63,226 nt of DNA from positions 1 to 63,226 of the forward strand of contig JAIRNA010000097.1 in the NCBI GenBank assembly GCA_031258305.1. The letters are read 5' to 3'. The position numbers and the translations under genes were made by a program. The notes under the pieces were generated by a model. It was not told where the DNA came from, did not search any database, and saw only the letters and a program-made list of their open reading frames with translations. Of this stretch, positions 37,147 to 48,064 are shown piece after piece. Each line of letters opens with the position of its first letter. Position 1 is the first letter of the stretch. This DNA is from Treponema sp. (GTDB lineage Bacteria; Spirochaetota; Spirochaetia; Treponematales; Breznakiellaceae).

Positions 37147-39261
37147 ATGGCAGACGCGGCTTACGCAATAAACAACAAGGCGGCTCACGCCGGACCGTTG
37201 GGTAAACCTTCGGACATAGCGATGGCAATAAGCGTGGTCGGGGCGCTTTTCGTGCTTATTATTCCGCTCCCGACGCCGTTGTTGGATGCGCTCCTCGCAT
37301 TGAACCTCACATTTTCTATTTTGGTCATACTCATCGTGCTTTACACGCAGAAAGCCGTTGATTTCAGCCTGTTTCCCACAGTGATGCTCGTGCTGACTGT
37401 ATTTGGGCTTGTCATTAATATTTCGTCCACGCGGCTGATTCTGACTCAAGGAGCGCAGTTTGACGGGCGTATGATACGGGCGTTTTCGTCCTTTGTCGTT
37501 GGGTCAAACAACGCGGTTGATGGGCTTGTGGTCGGATCCGTTATATTTGTCGCTCTGATTGTGATGCAGGTAGTCGTCATAACCAAGGGCGCGACCCGTA
37601 CCTCCGAAGTTGCCGCTCGTTTCACCTTGGACGCCATGCCGAATAAGTATATGGCGATTGATTCAGAATACAGTTCCGGCGTGATAACTGAGGAAGAAGC
37701 CCGTAGGCGAAAAGCCGAGATTCAGCAGGAGTCCGATTTCTACGGTTCTATGGACGGCGCGAGTAAATTTATTTCGGGAAGCGTCAAATTCGGTATATTC
37801 ATGACTGTGCTGAACGTACTGGGAGGCATTATCATTGGTGCGGTGACGCATGGGGAGCCGATAGCGGCCGCGGTGAACAACTACATACGATTCTCCATCG
37901 GGGATGGTTTGCTTTCTCAGTTTCCGACCCTCTTTGTTTCTACGGCGATGGGCATTTTGGTAACACGGGCCGCAACACCGGGTGATTTAGGGGTGGAAGT
38001 GTCGGCTCAGTTCACGCGGGACGCACGGATTTACTGGATTTCCGCGTTTGTACTGGCAGGGATGGCTTTCTTGCCAGGCTTTCCGCACGCGCTTCTGTTC
38101 GTGATGGCCGCGCTCCTCGGATTTTATGCCCATGCTATTACTATAAAACAGCGGAAGAAAACATCCACTGAAACGGCTGCGGCTCAAGCTGTCCAGAAAT
38201 CCAAAGATGACACTGGTGATATGCCGCCTATCGTGCCACTCGAAGCGCTTTCTCTCGAAATCGGGTATGGACTGATCCCGCTCGTAGACAAAGACAGAGG
38301 CGCAGAGCTTCTGGATAGAGTACAGGGCGTCCGCCGTCAGTCCGCGATAAACTTGGGGTTGGTGATCCCCAAAATTCGTATTATCGACAGCATAATATTG
38401 GAGCCTTCGGAGTACTGTTTCAAAATTCGCGGCGTTGACGTGGGAACCGGAAAAATCCGCATGAACTACTACTTATGCATAAAGTCAGGACACGTAAGAG
38501 AAGAACTCCACGGTGAAAAGACGCGGGATCCGGCTTTCGGCCTGCCCGCCGTGTGGATAAGCGAAGAAAGGCGGGACGAAGCGGAAAGACTCGGCTATAC
38601 AGTGGTCGACCCGCCAACTATCATTTCCACGCATCTCACGGAAATTATCAAACGTAATGCATCAGAGATGATGGGTAGACAGGAAACACAGGCAATCATA
38701 GAGACACTCAAGAAAGATTACCCTGCACTTGTGGAGGAAGCAATGGGGCAAAAAGGGCTTTCACTCGGAGAAATTCAGAAAGTCCTACAGAATCTGCTGA
38801 AGGAGCAGGTTTCTATCCGCGATATGGTATCGATTCTGGAGACTTTGGCGGATTTTGCGCCGCTCACGCATGATACACGCTTTCTTACCGAAAAGGTACG
38901 GCAAAGACTGGCCCGGCAGATCAGTTATAAGTATGCAGACGAAGATAGGGTATTGCATGCGCTGACCTTGGATATGGCTCTCGAACAGAAAATCATTGAC
39001 AGCAGGGTAGAGACCAACTCCGGGATTTTTTCGGCGATGGAGCCGTCTGCTCACCGTGCATGGATAAAGACACTCTTGCGGGTGACTTCGACTCTTGCGG
39101 AACAGGGGTACTTGCCACCGATTATTGTCTGTTCAGAGATGGCGCGCTATTTGGTGAAGTTGTCTACAGAACGGGAATTGTCTGAACTGGTGGTAATGTC
39201 TATGCCGGAGATCGCCCCGGATATTACGATTGAATCCTTGGGGATGATCAAGTTGGATTAG
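37147..39261 (+). CDS. flhA: Flagellar type III export protein FlhA
   Basis: 704 aa. N-terminal polytopic domain with FPTVMLVLTVFGL and RFTLDAMPNKYMAIDSE motifs, plus a large cytoplasmic domain. Confidence 0.96.
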   Translation: MADAAYAINNKAAHAGPLGKPSDIAMAISVVGALFVLIIPLPTPLLDALLALNLTFSILVILIVLYTQKAVDFSLFPTVMLVLTVFGLVINISSTRLILTQGAQFDGRMIRAFSSFVVGSNNAVDGLVVGSVIFVALIVMQVVVITKGATRTSEVAARFTLDAMPNKYMAIDSEYSSGVITEEEARRRKAEIQQESDFYGSMDGASKFISGSVKFGIFMTVLNVLGGIIIGAVTHGEPIAAAVNNYIRFSIGDGLLSQFPTLFVSTAMGILVTRAATPGDLGVEVSAQFTRDARIYWISAFVLAGMAFLPGFPHALLFVMAALLGFYAHAITIKQRKKTSTETAAAQAVQKSKDDTGDMPPIVPLEALSLEIGYGLIPLVDKDRGAELLDRVQGVRRQSAINLGLVIPKIRIIDSIILEPSEYCFKIRGVDVGTGKIRMNYYLCIKSGHVREELHGEKTRDPAFGLPAVWISEERRDEAERLGYTVVDPPTIISTHLTEIIKRNASEMMGRQETQAIIETLKKDYPALVEEAMGQKGLSLGEIQKVLQNLLKEQVSIRDMVSILETLADFAPLTHDTRFLTEKVRQRLARQISYKYADEDRVLHALTLDMALEQKIIDSRVETNSGIFSAMEPSAHRAWIKTLLRVTSTLAEQGYLPPIIVCSEMARYLVKLSTERELSELVVMSMPEIAPDITIESLGMIKLD

Positions 39262-39273
39262 TTGGGAGAGAAA

Positions 39274-40548
39274 ATGGAGTATTTTATAGAACATGCCGCA
39301 AATTACACTGAATGTCTGAACAAAATCCGTTTGAAATACGGAGATAGAGTGACGATACTTAATCAAAGAAGCATACGCATGGGTGGGTTTCTAGGATTAT
39401 TTACCAAAGATGGAGTAGAGATTGCGGGTTTCACCCAGAACAATTACGCGAAGGATGTGCGAATAGCTTCTTCAAGCGTTTCGCCTCAAGGATCCCCGCA
39501 AACTTCTGATCCTAAAAAAAACCTTTACTTCGAAGCAGAAAAAAAGAAGCTTGTTGAGATGGGGACGGCCGTCAAGAAAGATGACTCGTCGTGGCTCAAG
39601 ACAATGGCTGATATGGCCGATGATGTCAAATTGATAAAGAAAAGGCTTGACAAAAGCGGCGCAGCCCTTGAACAAGAAGAGCATCCTTCTCTCGCCCGTT
39701 TGCGGGAAACGATGGAGTTGAACGATTTTTCATCTTCGTATACACAGAATATCATCGAGCGGTGCAAGAAGGAGATTTCCTTCGAAGGGTTGAACAACTA
39801 TGACGCGGTTCAGGATAAGGCGCTTGAATGGATAGGGGGGAGTATTCGCCTTTACAAAGAGGAGAAATTTTATAAGCGTCCCCGCATCATGGTGCTGGTG
39901 GGACCGACAGGTGTAGGAAAAACTACGACCATCGCCAAACTTGCCGCTATATTCAAGATTGGGAGTGGAGGTGTGTCGCCTATTTCGTTTTGTATGATAA
40001 CGATAGACGCTTACCGTATCGGAGCAAAGGCGCAGATGGAGGTATATGGCGACATTATGCAGGTGCCTGTTTCTTACGTCGAGGATTACAACGATTTGAA
40101 GCAGGTGATTGCTCAATATTCGAGCGATATGGATATGATTTTGGTCGATACTATAGGTAAGAGTCCGCGTAAGTCCGTGGAATTGGGAGAAATGAAACAA
40201 TTATTAGATGCATGCGGACCGTCCGCGGAGGTGCATCTGACGCTTGCGGCCACCACGAAGTGCAGCGATATCAAAGAGATTCTGCGTCAGTTTGAGCCGT
40301 TTAACTATCGGTCTGTCATCATCACGAAATTGGACGAGACCATTCGGATGGGCAATGTCATCAGCGCCCTTGCGGAAAAAGGAAAATTAGTGTCTTATAT
40401 AACGGATGGGCAAAAGGTGCCGGGTGATATTCAGAAAGCATCGGTGGTACGTTTCCTCATCAACCTCGAGGGTTTCCACGTAAAGCGTTCGAAGATTGAG
40501 GGACAGTTTCCCAGCGATGAGGCGGAACAGATACGATGGAGAAAATAA
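39274..40548 (+). CDS. flhF: Flagellar SRP-type GTPase FlhF
   Basis: LVGPTGVGKTTTIAKLAA (G1), DTIGKS and TKLDET motifs. ATG 39274 follows GGGAGAG. Confidence 0.9.
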   Translation: MEYFIEHAANYTECLNKIRLKYGDRVTILNQRSIRMGGFLGLFTKDGVEIAGFTQNNYAKDVRIASSSVSPQGSPQTSDPKKNLYFEAEKKKLVEMGTAVKKDDSSWLKTMADMADDVKLIKKRLDKSGAALEQEEHPSLARLRETMELNDFSSSYTQNIIERCKKEISFEGLNNYDAVQDKALEWIGGSIRLYKEEKFYKRPRIMVLVGPTGVGKTTTIAKLAAIFKIGSGGVSPISFCMITIDAYRIGAKAQMEVYGDIMQVPVSYVEDYNDLKQVIAQYSSDMDMILVDTIGKSPRKSVELGEMKQLLDACGPSAEVHLTLAATTKCSDIKEILRQFEPFNYRSVIITKLDETIRMGNVISALAEKGKLVSYITDGQKVPGDIQKASVVRFLINLEGFHVKRSKIEGQFPSDEAEQIRWRK

Positions 40549-40635
40549 TGAGTAATATTTTTGTTTGAAAGTTTAGCGATGGACTTTCTAATAACGATTA
40601 TTTTCTCCTTATTATTCATTAAACAAGAGGATTTT

Positions 40636-41526
40636 ATGGAAGATCAGGCCGAAAAATTACGGGAAATTATGCGGAAGAGGGGGGAAACCCAGGAGAAACC
40701 GCAGAAAACATGGGACAAAAAGAAATCGCGTATCATCACCGTAACGAGCGGAAAGGGCGGTGTTGGTAAGACCAATGTGTCTATTAACATGGCGATAGTC
40801 TATGCGCGATTGGGGAAGAAGGTTGTGGTCATGGATGCGGACCTGGGACTTGCTAATGTGAACATCATGCTTGACTTGGCACCGAAACATACTCTCGTTA
40901 ACGTGATGCGAAGAGAGAAAACCATGAAAGAGATTTTGATGGAATCGGAATATGGCATATCCATTGTCGGTGGGGTATCAGGTATATCTAAAGTCGCAGA
41001 CCTCACCGATGAAGAAAGAAAACATTTTATCCAAGAGCTGAGTACCCTTTCCTATGCGGATATCATCATCGTGGATACGAGTGCAGGTGTTTCCAAAAAT
41101 GTGCTTGATTTCATCGCGGCTGCGGATGACGTTATCATCGTTACCACGCCAGAGCCTACGGCGCTCACAGACGCCTACGCCCTCACAAAAATCATCCACT
41201 CCGAGCTTATGGAGCATATGGAACTGGACCTGAAATTAGTGGTGAACCGCACGAAAAATGCCGAAGAAGCGAAGAAGATCGCTGAACGCATAACAGGCAT
41301 TGCGACTCAGTTTATGAATATCAAGATAGAGTACCTCGGTTTCATTTATGACGACCCTATCGTTTCCCATGCGGTTATGTACCAGAAGCCGTTCACGGTT
41401 ATCGACCCGCGGAGTAAAGCGGCCACCTGCGTTCAGCACATTGTCGAGCGCATGGAAAGGATGACGCCTCGCCATACGGGCGGTGGATTCTCAATGTTAA
41501 TAAAACGAATCTTTAACCGGACGTGA
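40636..41526 (+). CDS. flhG: MinD/ParA-type ATPase FlhG (YlxH/FleN)
   Basis: Deviant Walker A TSGKGGVGKTNVS. Position after flhF. ATG 40636 follows AAGAGGA. Confidence 0.88.
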   Translation: MEDQAEKLREIMRKRGETQEKPQKTWDKKKSRIITVTSGKGGVGKTNVSINMAIVYARLGKKVVVMDADLGLANVNIMLDLAPKHTLVNVMRREKTMKEILMESEYGISIVGGVSGISKVADLTDEERKHFIQELSTLSYADIIIVDTSAGVSKNVLDFIAAADDVIIVTTPEPTALTDAYALTKIIHSELMEHMELDLKLVVNRTKNAEEAKKIAERITGIATQFMNIKIEYLGFIYDDPIVSHAVMYQKPFTVIDPRSKAATCVQHIVERMERMTPRHTGGGFSMLIKRIFNRT

Positions 41527-41528
41527 TT

Positions 41529-42107
41529 ATGTATACAAAAACAAGCGGTATTACTGCTGGAGTTGCATTTGGATTGTCGTTCTTAGTTGGACTCATTGGA
41601 GGCGCGGAGTTTCCCGGGATCTTATTTCGGGCTCTTTTTTTCGCCGCTGTTTTTTTTGGCTTGATGGAAACTGTTTATTTCATTTCGAGTAAATTTCTTA
41701 CAGAGAAACCTTTGGAAAAGACCGATGATTCCCTTCAAAAAGGGACTATGGTGGACATCTCTTTAGACGATGAAGTGCAAATAACGCCCAAAGATTCAGT
41801 TGATGCCGACGTTGAAGACCTTGCTAAAGACAAACCTGCGGTGCCATATGAAACACCGGAAACAGACCATATCAAAACGGAGCTGTCGACTGATACGGCG
41901 GAATGGACGCCGGATCCTCCGATACAGGAAGTCTATAGAACTGAGAATGACAACATAGCGTCTATGTCCGATACATTCATAATGGATGATGAAAAGGGAT
42001 TTAAAGCCCCTTACACGCCTAAACAATCGGTTAGCGACATGGCATTCAACAAAGCGGACCCTCTAAAGATAGTTGGCGCGATACGGACACTGATAAAGAA
42101 GGATTAA
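41529..42107 (+). CDS. Hypothetical membrane protein of the flagellar cluster
   Basis: Two N-terminal TM helices, then an acidic low-complexity tail. Lies between flhG and fliA. The start is GTG 41523 or ATG 41529. Confidence 0.6.
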   Translation: MYTKTSGITAGVAFGLSFLVGLIGGAEFPGILFRALFFAAVFFGLMETVYFISSKFLTEKPLEKTDDSLQKGTMVDISLDDEVQITPKDSVDADVEDLAKDKPAVPYETPETDHIKTELSTDTAEWTPDPPIQEVYRTENDNIASMSDTFIMDDEKGFKAPYTPKQSVSDMAFNKADPLKIVGAIRTLIKKD

Positions 42108-42111
42108 GGGG

Positions 42112-42897
42112 ATGATGGTGACCCTTGAACAAAAAGAAGAAGATGAACTGTGGCGTGAATACCGAAAAACAAAAGACTGGGCGATTCGAGAGAGATTCGT
42201 CATACAGTATGCGCCTCTGGTAAAGTATGTTGCTGGCAAGGTTGCCATAGCCATGCCGCACAACGTTGAATTCGATGATCTCGTGGGTTTCGGGCAGTTC
42301 GGGCTTTTGGACGCTATTGACAAATTTGACCCGAATAAGGGGGTTAAGTTTAAGACATACGCGGTTCTCCGCATACGAGGCGCTATTATTGATGAGCTTC
42401 GTTCTATTGATTGGGTGCCGCGATCTATCCGCCAAAAGGCCCGCGAAATAGAAGATGCTATTGGAACGCTCGAAGCTCAACTCGGCAGAATCGCCACGGA
42501 CCGTGAAGTTGCGAATACTCTGGGCATGGGCGAGGAAGAGTACGGGAAAACTTTGATGAAAATTTCTTGTACTACTATGCTTTCGTTAAATGATGTATGG
42601 TTTTCGGGAGATGAAAACGACAAGGTTTCCATTGGCGAGAGTCTCGAAGCGCCGATGAACCTGAACCCGGACATTATAATGGAAATAACCGAAGTAAAAC
42701 GGGTTATCAATGAATCCCTCAAAGAACTACCAGAAAAGGAAAGACAGATAATTGTTTCATATTATTATGAAGGTCTTACCCTTAAAGAGATAGGTTATGT
42801 TTTAGGTGTTACGGAGTCGCGGGTATCCCAACTGCACACAAAGGCTATCATTCATCTGCGCTCTAAACTGACTCATGCGCGGCGGGGGATTATATGA
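42112..42897 (+). CDS. fliA: Flagellar sigma factor sigma-28
   Basis: Region 2 [42 protein letters not shown] and region 4 [24 protein letters not shown]. Confidence 0.93.
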   Translation: MMVTLEQKEEDELWREYRKTKDWAIRERFVIQYAPLVKYVAGKVAIAMPHNVEFDDLVGFGQFGLLDAIDKFDPNKGVKFKTYAVLRIRGAIIDELRSIDWVPRSIRQKAREIEDAIGTLEAQLGRIATDREVANTLGMGEEEYGKTLMKISCTTMLSLNDVWFSGDENDKVSIGESLEAPMNLNPDIIMEITEVKRVINESLKELPEKERQIIVSYYYEGLTLKEIGYVLGVTESRVSQLHTKAIIHLRSKLTHARRGII

Positions 42898-42916
42898 GTA
42901 AAAAGGAGTATAGGCG

Positions 42917-44875
42917 ATGATAGATTTTGTCAAACTACAAAGACTTATGAAGGAGCAGTTGGACGTTGACAGGCAGATTCGCACCGTAGATACGCAAGGT
43001 GATTCGCTTGAGTCCGCGCTTGCAGAAGCAGCCTCTTTGCTCGATATGCCGATGAGACGCATCGAATACGAGATAGTTGAGCACGGTTTCCGCGGCATAC
43101 TCGGAAGCGGGAAAAAAAACTGGAAAATACGGGCTTATGTTAAAGCTTCGGACCAGACAACAAGAACTGGACATAGACTCGCGGACGAGATAGAAACGTC
43201 TGAGAGAGTTGTAATGATAAATAAAGACGGCGAAATGTTTGTTGTTTTATCGCCGGAAGGCGCTATGCTCAAAGTAACCGCGCCGGTCGGTTCCGGAAAG
43301 AAAGTTACCGAAGACATGGCCATACAACGCTTAACCGCCCGAAATGTGAAAACTATTGATAAAAATATCGTTCATGCGGTAGTCGAAGCGGCAGAGGGCA
43401 AATATGTGGTGGTCGGTTCTTTTGACCGTAATTACGCTCATGATACCCCTTTGAAACTCGAAGTGACGGATTTTGATATGAAGGCGTTCATCATCGTAGA
43501 ACCTCCTGGAATAGGCGGTTGCGACCTTACGGCAGAAGTAATTATCAAGCACTTACGAAACAATCGCGTAGTGGTCGGTATCAAGAACGATGTCATTGAA
43601 GCCTTCGTAGACAGACCTCTTTATAGGACGCCGGTGCTGGTCGCGGAAGGTTCCAGGGAGGTAAACGGCAAAAACGCCTCCATTGAATATCTGTTTGAGA
43701 CGAATCAGAATAAGGTGCATCTGCACGAAAGCAGAGATGGAACCATTGACTTCAAAAACCTACAAATCATCCAGAACGTGGTGCAGAATCAGCCGTTAGC
43801 CAAGAAAATTCCGGCCCAAGAGGGCATCAAAGGGAGAGATGTTAGAGGCACATATCTACCCGCGAAGGACGGCGTAGATATTCCGCTTCCCCTGGGGAAG
43901 AACGTTCATGTTAGTGAAGATGGTATGACTATCATTGCGGACATCAACGGGCAGGTTATGCTCACAGGCAATCTCATTAATGTCGAACCGGTGTTCGTAG
44001 TGCAGGGGAATGTAGGTCTCAAGACCGGCAATATCATTTTTTTGGGCACCGTTGAAATCACCGGTAACGTAGAAGACGGATTTTCGGTGAAGGCGGTGGG
44101 CAACATTGTGGTAAACGGTATGGTTGGAAGCGCGGAAGTGGAGGCCGAAGGGGATGTCATCGTACGGCAGGGAATCATCGGCAAGACCAAAGGAAGTGTT
44201 AAGGCGGGTAAATCTATATGGGCGCGATTCATTGAAAATGCCATCATTGACGCGGGTAATATGGTTATTGTGTCGGACGGTATCATCAACTCTAAAGTGG
44301 ATGCCTACAAGCGTATTGTGTGTCAGGGTAAACGTGCCCGCATCGTCGGCGGACGACTACGCGCATCAGAGGAAATCAATGCGCTTGTCATCGGTAGTTC
44401 CAGCGGCGCAACAGAAACTATCTGCGAAACGGGTATTGATCCAAAAATAAAAGAAGCGATAGAGAATCTTTCCTCTAAAAAGGTGGACAAGGAAAAAGAA
44501 CTTGAGACGTTGACAACGGAAATACAAGGACTCATCAATATCAAGGCTCAACGGAAATCCCTTCCGGAGGAAAAAGAATTCCTGCTCAGGGAGCTTATGG
44601 ACCAAAAAGACAGGCTGAATGGAGATTTACAACAGATAGCAAAGGAAATAGGCGAACAACAGGAAATCCAAGACAATCTCAAGACCCGTGGGCGTGTTTC
44701 CGTTGCGAATATAATTTATCCTGGAACGAAAATCTTGATACACGAGGTGCCGGAAAATATACGTAGTGAATACAAAGCCGTTACTTTTGTGATGGAAGAC
44801 GGGCTTATCCGCGCCGTGAAATACGAGCCGCCCGATGAAGAAGCTACACGGGGTCCCGAAGGATACGATGGGTAA
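42917..44875 (+). CDS. FapA (DUF342) family flagellar-assembly-associated protein
   Basis: Beta-helix-like repeats GNIIFLGTVEITGNVEDGFSVKAVGNIVVNGMVGSAEVEAEGDVIVRQGIIG, a C-terminal coiled coil, and position after fliA. Confidence 0.7.
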   Translation: MIDFVKLQRLMKEQLDVDRQIRTVDTQGDSLESALAEAASLLDMPMRRIEYEIVEHGFRGILGSGKKNWKIRAYVKASDQTTRTGHRLADEIETSERVVMINKDGEMFVVLSPEGAMLKVTAPVGSGKKVTEDMAIQRLTARNVKTIDKNIVHAVVEAAEGKYVVVGSFDRNYAHDTPLKLEVTDFDMKAFIIVEPPGIGGCDLTAEVIIKHLRNNRVVVGIKNDVIEAFVDRPLYRTPVLVAEGSREVNGKNASIEYLFETNQNKVHLHESRDGTIDFKNLQIIQNVVQNQPLAKKIPAQEGIKGRDVRGTYLPAKDGVDIPLPLGKNVHVSEDGMTIIADINGQVMLTGNLINVEPVFVVQGNVGLKTGNIIFLGTVEITGNVEDGFSVKAVGNIVVNGMVGSAEVEAEGDVIVRQGIIGKTKGSVKAGKSIWARFIENAIIDAGNMVIVSDGIINSKVDAYKRIVCQGKRARIVGGRLRASEEINALVIGSSSGATETICETGIDPKIKEAIENLSSKKVDKEKELETLTTEIQGLINIKAQRKSLPEEKEFLLRELMDQKDRLNGDLQQIAKEIGEQQEIQDNLKTRGRVSVANIIYPGTKILIHEVPENIRSEYKAVTFVMEDGLIRAVKYEPPDEEATRGPEGYDG

Positions 44876-44925
44876 ATAAACAACCGTGCGATTTCCCCCA
44901 CGGTAAAGGTAAAACGAGGTGAAAT

Positions 44926-45252
44926 ATGGCTATCCAACCACTTGATTTGCAAGTAATGTTTAATCAGCTCGACAGTGTCGGCAAGGCTCAAGCTTCTCAA
45001 CGAGAAGGTTTGGCGATGCAACAGACTCTTCAGAATCTACATATACAAGAGAAGATTCAAGCCAACATACAAGCGGTTAACGAGTCTCAAGGTTCCGATA
45101 ACGGGGCGGAAGGGGTGAAAGACCGAGGAGCGCGTTCTCAGGCAGGATCGGAACAAAATGGCAAAAGAGAAGAGGAGAACAAGCAGGCACGGGAAGAAAT
45201 ACGGCGTCTCTGGGACCCGTATCTTGGGAAAAATGTTGATATTAGTGGGTAA
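44926..45252 (+). CDS. Hypothetical 108-aa Gln/Glu-rich protein of the flagellar cluster
   Basis: ORF with an AGGTGA SD-like sequence upstream. No recognised motif. Confidence 0.5.
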   Translation: MAIQPLDLQVMFNQLDSVGKAQASQREGLAMQQTLQNLHIQEKIQANIQAVNESQGSDNGAEGVKDRGARSQAGSEQNGKREEENKQAREEIRRLWDPYLGKNVDISG

Positions 45253-45255
45253 AGT

Positions 45256-45798
45256 ATGAATATAAGCACAATTATTTCTATTGTAACGCTTGGTTTATGC
45301 CTTTTGTTTTTTATATCTTGTCGAGCGTGGCTGGAAAAACGGACGGGACAGGATCGTATTTTGGCAGAGTTTCGTGAAGAGGTGGGCAAACTCATTACGG
45401 AAATTGACGCGGCAACAGATAGAGATGCAACGCTCATTGAAGACCGCATCAAGTCTCTCAAAACCCTGCTTGAAGACGTTGACAGGAGAATTATTCTCCA
45501 TGGCGAGGAAATAACCCGCCGACGGAATCATGCAGAGACATACGCTGAATTGGGCAGAAAACAGATCTTTGATGGTGAAACCAAGACCGTTATTGAAGCA
45601 AAATCATCGGCAGACGAAAAACCGTCCGTTCCCCATACGGAAATCGCAGCGCCGCCACCCGCGCCGCGGACCTTTCATGAACAAGTGCGGGAACTATCCC
45701 GCGCTGGCTTCTCGCCCAATCTGATTGCGGCGAAACTGGGCGTGAGCATCGCCGCAGTGGAGCTTGCCATCGCCATACCGGAAAGAAAGGAGCGGTAA
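45256..45798 (+). CDS. DUF2802-like protein (N-terminal TM helix, coiled coil, C-terminal HTH-like module)
   Basis: The C-terminus LSRAGFSPNLIAAKLGVSIAAVELAIAI resembles the DUF2802 module found at the end of flhFG-fliA-che clusters in proteobacteria (from memory). Confidence 0.5.
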   Translation: MNISTIISIVTLGLCLLFFISCRAWLEKRTGQDRILAEFREEVGKLITEIDAATDRDATLIEDRIKSLKTLLEDVDRRIILHGEEITRRRNHAETYAELGRKQIFDGETKTVIEAKSSADEKPSVPHTEIAAPPPAPRTFHEQVRELSRAGFSPNLIAAKLGVSIAAVELAIAIPERKER

Positions 45799-45800
45799 GC

Positions 45801-46487
45801 ATGGTGGAATATGTTGAGACAAGAAGCGCCAATTGCTGGATTTATTGGGCTTTTGGGCGAGTCTCTCCTTTTCCGCAAAAAAGAGGAATATTGCAGACGC
45901 CTTGCGTGGTAATGGATCCAGGTTCTGACGCGGAACTCATCATAGAACGGTTAGAAAAGTTGAATGTCTATCCCCGCGTGTTTTTGTTGACGCATGGGCA
46001 TTTCGATCATATAGGAGCGTTGCCCAAGCTTGCCGCTTATTACGCCGAACAGGAGGTCGAGATTGCCATTCATCAAGCTGACGCGGCGTATCTTGGGCCT
46101 GATTCGTTTGAGATGCACCGGCGATGCTGGTTACATGCGGCAGGAAATGCCGATTATATCGACAAATTTTGGCAACCCATGCCTGTTCCTACGCGGTTTG
46201 TCGGTGAAGGAGACCGCATCGGTTCTTTGCAAACCTTGCATTTGCCTGGTCATAGCCCCGGTTCAGCGGCGTTCTATGATGAATCAGCTCGTCTTATTTT
46301 CACCGGAGATTGTCTGTTTAGACATTCTTTTGGACGCACTGACCTTCCCGGCGGCGATGAAACGCTCCTGAGGGAAAGCTTGCGACGCCTCTTGACTCTG
46401 GACAGTGCGGTCGGCGTGTATCCAGGTCATGGTGAAATCACGACTGTCGGCGCGGAACGGTTTTATGGCAAAGGAGTTTACTTTTAG
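45801..46487 (+). CDS. MBL-fold metallo-hydrolase
   Basis: LTHGHFDHIGA (HxHxDH) motif and a downstream HLPGHSPG. Confidence 0.8.
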   Translation: MVEYVETRSANCWIYWAFGRVSPFPQKRGILQTPCVVMDPGSDAELIIERLEKLNVYPRVFLLTHGHFDHIGALPKLAAYYAEQEVEIAIHQADAAYLGPDSFEMHRRCWLHAAGNADYIDKFWQPMPVPTRFVGEGDRIGSLQTLHLPGHSPGSAAFYDESARLIFTGDCLFRHSFGRTDLPGGDETLLRESLRRLLTLDSAVGVYPGHGEITTVGAERFYGKGVYF

Positions 46488-46544
46488 CCTTTGAATAAAT
46501 AAAGCTAAACGAGTGACTATGTTTTGGCGAAAAAGAAGTAAAGA

Positions 46545-47096
46545 ATGATAGAGATAGAATTAAAAGCATGGGTTGACGACCCTCAAAAAACAAGGGTACT
46601 CGTATCTACCCTGGCTTCATTTGAGAGAGATTTTGAAAAAGAGGATGTCTATTGGTATCCAGTCGAGAAAAACCCAACGGTTCCGAACTTCGGGGTCCGC
46701 GTCCGCAAGGAAACCGATAGCAAGGGGACCCGCGTTCTGGTAACATTTAAGGTCAAGGAAAAACGGGATACCATTGAGGTAAACGACGAGAAAGAATTCG
46801 AGGTATCTGACGTGGAGCCTTTCGAAGCACTGCTCAACATTTTTGGGCTTCAAATTGGATTACGGAAATATAAAAAAGGCTCCGCCTGGACAAACAACGA
46901 TGTTACTGCGGAACTCTGCGAAGTACAAGGCTTGGGTTGGTTTCTAGAGCTGGAGATTCTTGTGCCTTCCGCGGATGAACAAACCATCAGGGAAGCGCAA
47001 AATCGACTCTTGTCTTTTCTCAAGGAAACTGGCGTCGATGAAAGCAGAATAGAAAGCCGTTACTACACGGAGATGCTGAAGGTATTAAGGAAATAG
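46545..47096 (+). CDS. CYTH-domain protein (CyaB-type class IV adenylate cyclase / triphosphatase family)
   Basis: N-terminal MIEIELKAW (ExExK signature). 183 aa. Confidence 0.75.
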   Translation: MIEIELKAWVDDPQKTRVLVSTLASFERDFEKEDVYWYPVEKNPTVPNFGVRVRKETDSKGTRVLVTFKVKEKRDTIEVNDEKEFEVSDVEPFEALLNIFGLQIGLRKYKKGSAWTNNDVTAELCEVQGLGWFLELEILVPSADEQTIREAQNRLLSFLKETGVDESRIESRYYTEMLKVLRK

Positions 47097-47148
47097 AGAG
47101 TAAGTTTTTTATTTATAGAATAAAATATGTTTGTAACGTGCGACAGAC

Positions 47149-48048
47149 GTGTTTTTAGAGGAAAAAATTGTGAAACCCATAACATTCACTCGCGTGAAAC
47201 GCAAGCTGATTCGGATTTTTTTCCGTGAACAATGGTCGCTTTTGCTTTTGGCAGGTGGCAAAGACGGCTTTTTAAAGCCCTCAGGAAAGAATGGACGTAT
47301 CTTAAAAGAAATCATCCCGCCGCGGGATTTTCAGTGGGCTGACCCGTTCATAGTGGAATGGGAAGGCAAAACGTATATCTTTGTCGAACAACAATACAAA
47401 CACGAAAACGGCACCCTGGGATTCATCGAATTATTTACAGATTTGAGCCATTCGGCGTTTGTCCCTATTTTGGAAAAGTTCTATCATCTTTCGTTTCCCA
47501 ATATCTTTCGCTATGAGAACGAGTGGTATATGATACCCGAATCCCATGAGAACAGAACCATAGATCTGTATAAGGCGAAGGATTTCCCCGCTACATGGGA
47601 GTTTGAAACAACGCTTATGCGAGATATTGACGCAGTTGATTCAATCGTGTTTTTTCATAACACGAAATGGTGGATTTTCACCAGTGTTAAGAGAAAATCT
47701 TTCAACGATAATCTCTGCCTTTTTTATGCGGATGCTTTCCCGACTGATAAGTGGACTCCGCATCTATGCAACCCTGTTTGCGCGGATGTGACAAACAGTC
47801 GTATGGCTGGCGCTATCTTTTGCGATGATTCGGGAAAGATTTACCGCGCCGCACAAAATTGTCTGAAAGACTATGGCAAAGAGACAAACATCAACGAAAT
47901 TATCGAATTGACAGAAACCTCATATAAGGAACGTATCGTCAAAACCATTTTTCCTGAAAAAGAAATGAATGTGGTCTGCACTCATACCTTGAATTTCAGC
48001 GAAAACCATGTAGTCAGGGACGTTAAAACGCGAGTGTGGAGGATTTGA
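47149..48048 (+). CDS. Hypothetical protein, possibly a beta-propeller glycan-modifying enzyme
   Basis: WADPFIVEWEGKTYIFVEQ resembles GH43-like/propeller proteins seen in polysaccharide loci. Weak assignment. GTG start. Confidence 0.45.
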   Translation: MFLEEKIVKPITFTRVKRKLIRIFFREQWSLLLLAGGKDGFLKPSGKNGRILKEIIPPRDFQWADPFIVEWEGKTYIFVEQQYKHENGTLGFIELFTDLSHSAFVPILEKFYHLSFPNIFRYENEWYMIPESHENRTIDLYKAKDFPATWEFETTLMRDIDAVDSIVFFHNTKWWIFTSVKRKSFNDNLCLFYADAFPTDKWTPHLCNPVCADVTNSRMAGAIFCDDSGKIYRAAQNCLKDYGKETNINEIIELTETSYKERIVKTIFPEKEMNVVCTHTLNFSENHVVRDVKTRVWRI

Positions 48049-48064
48049 CTCATAAAAGGAACCT

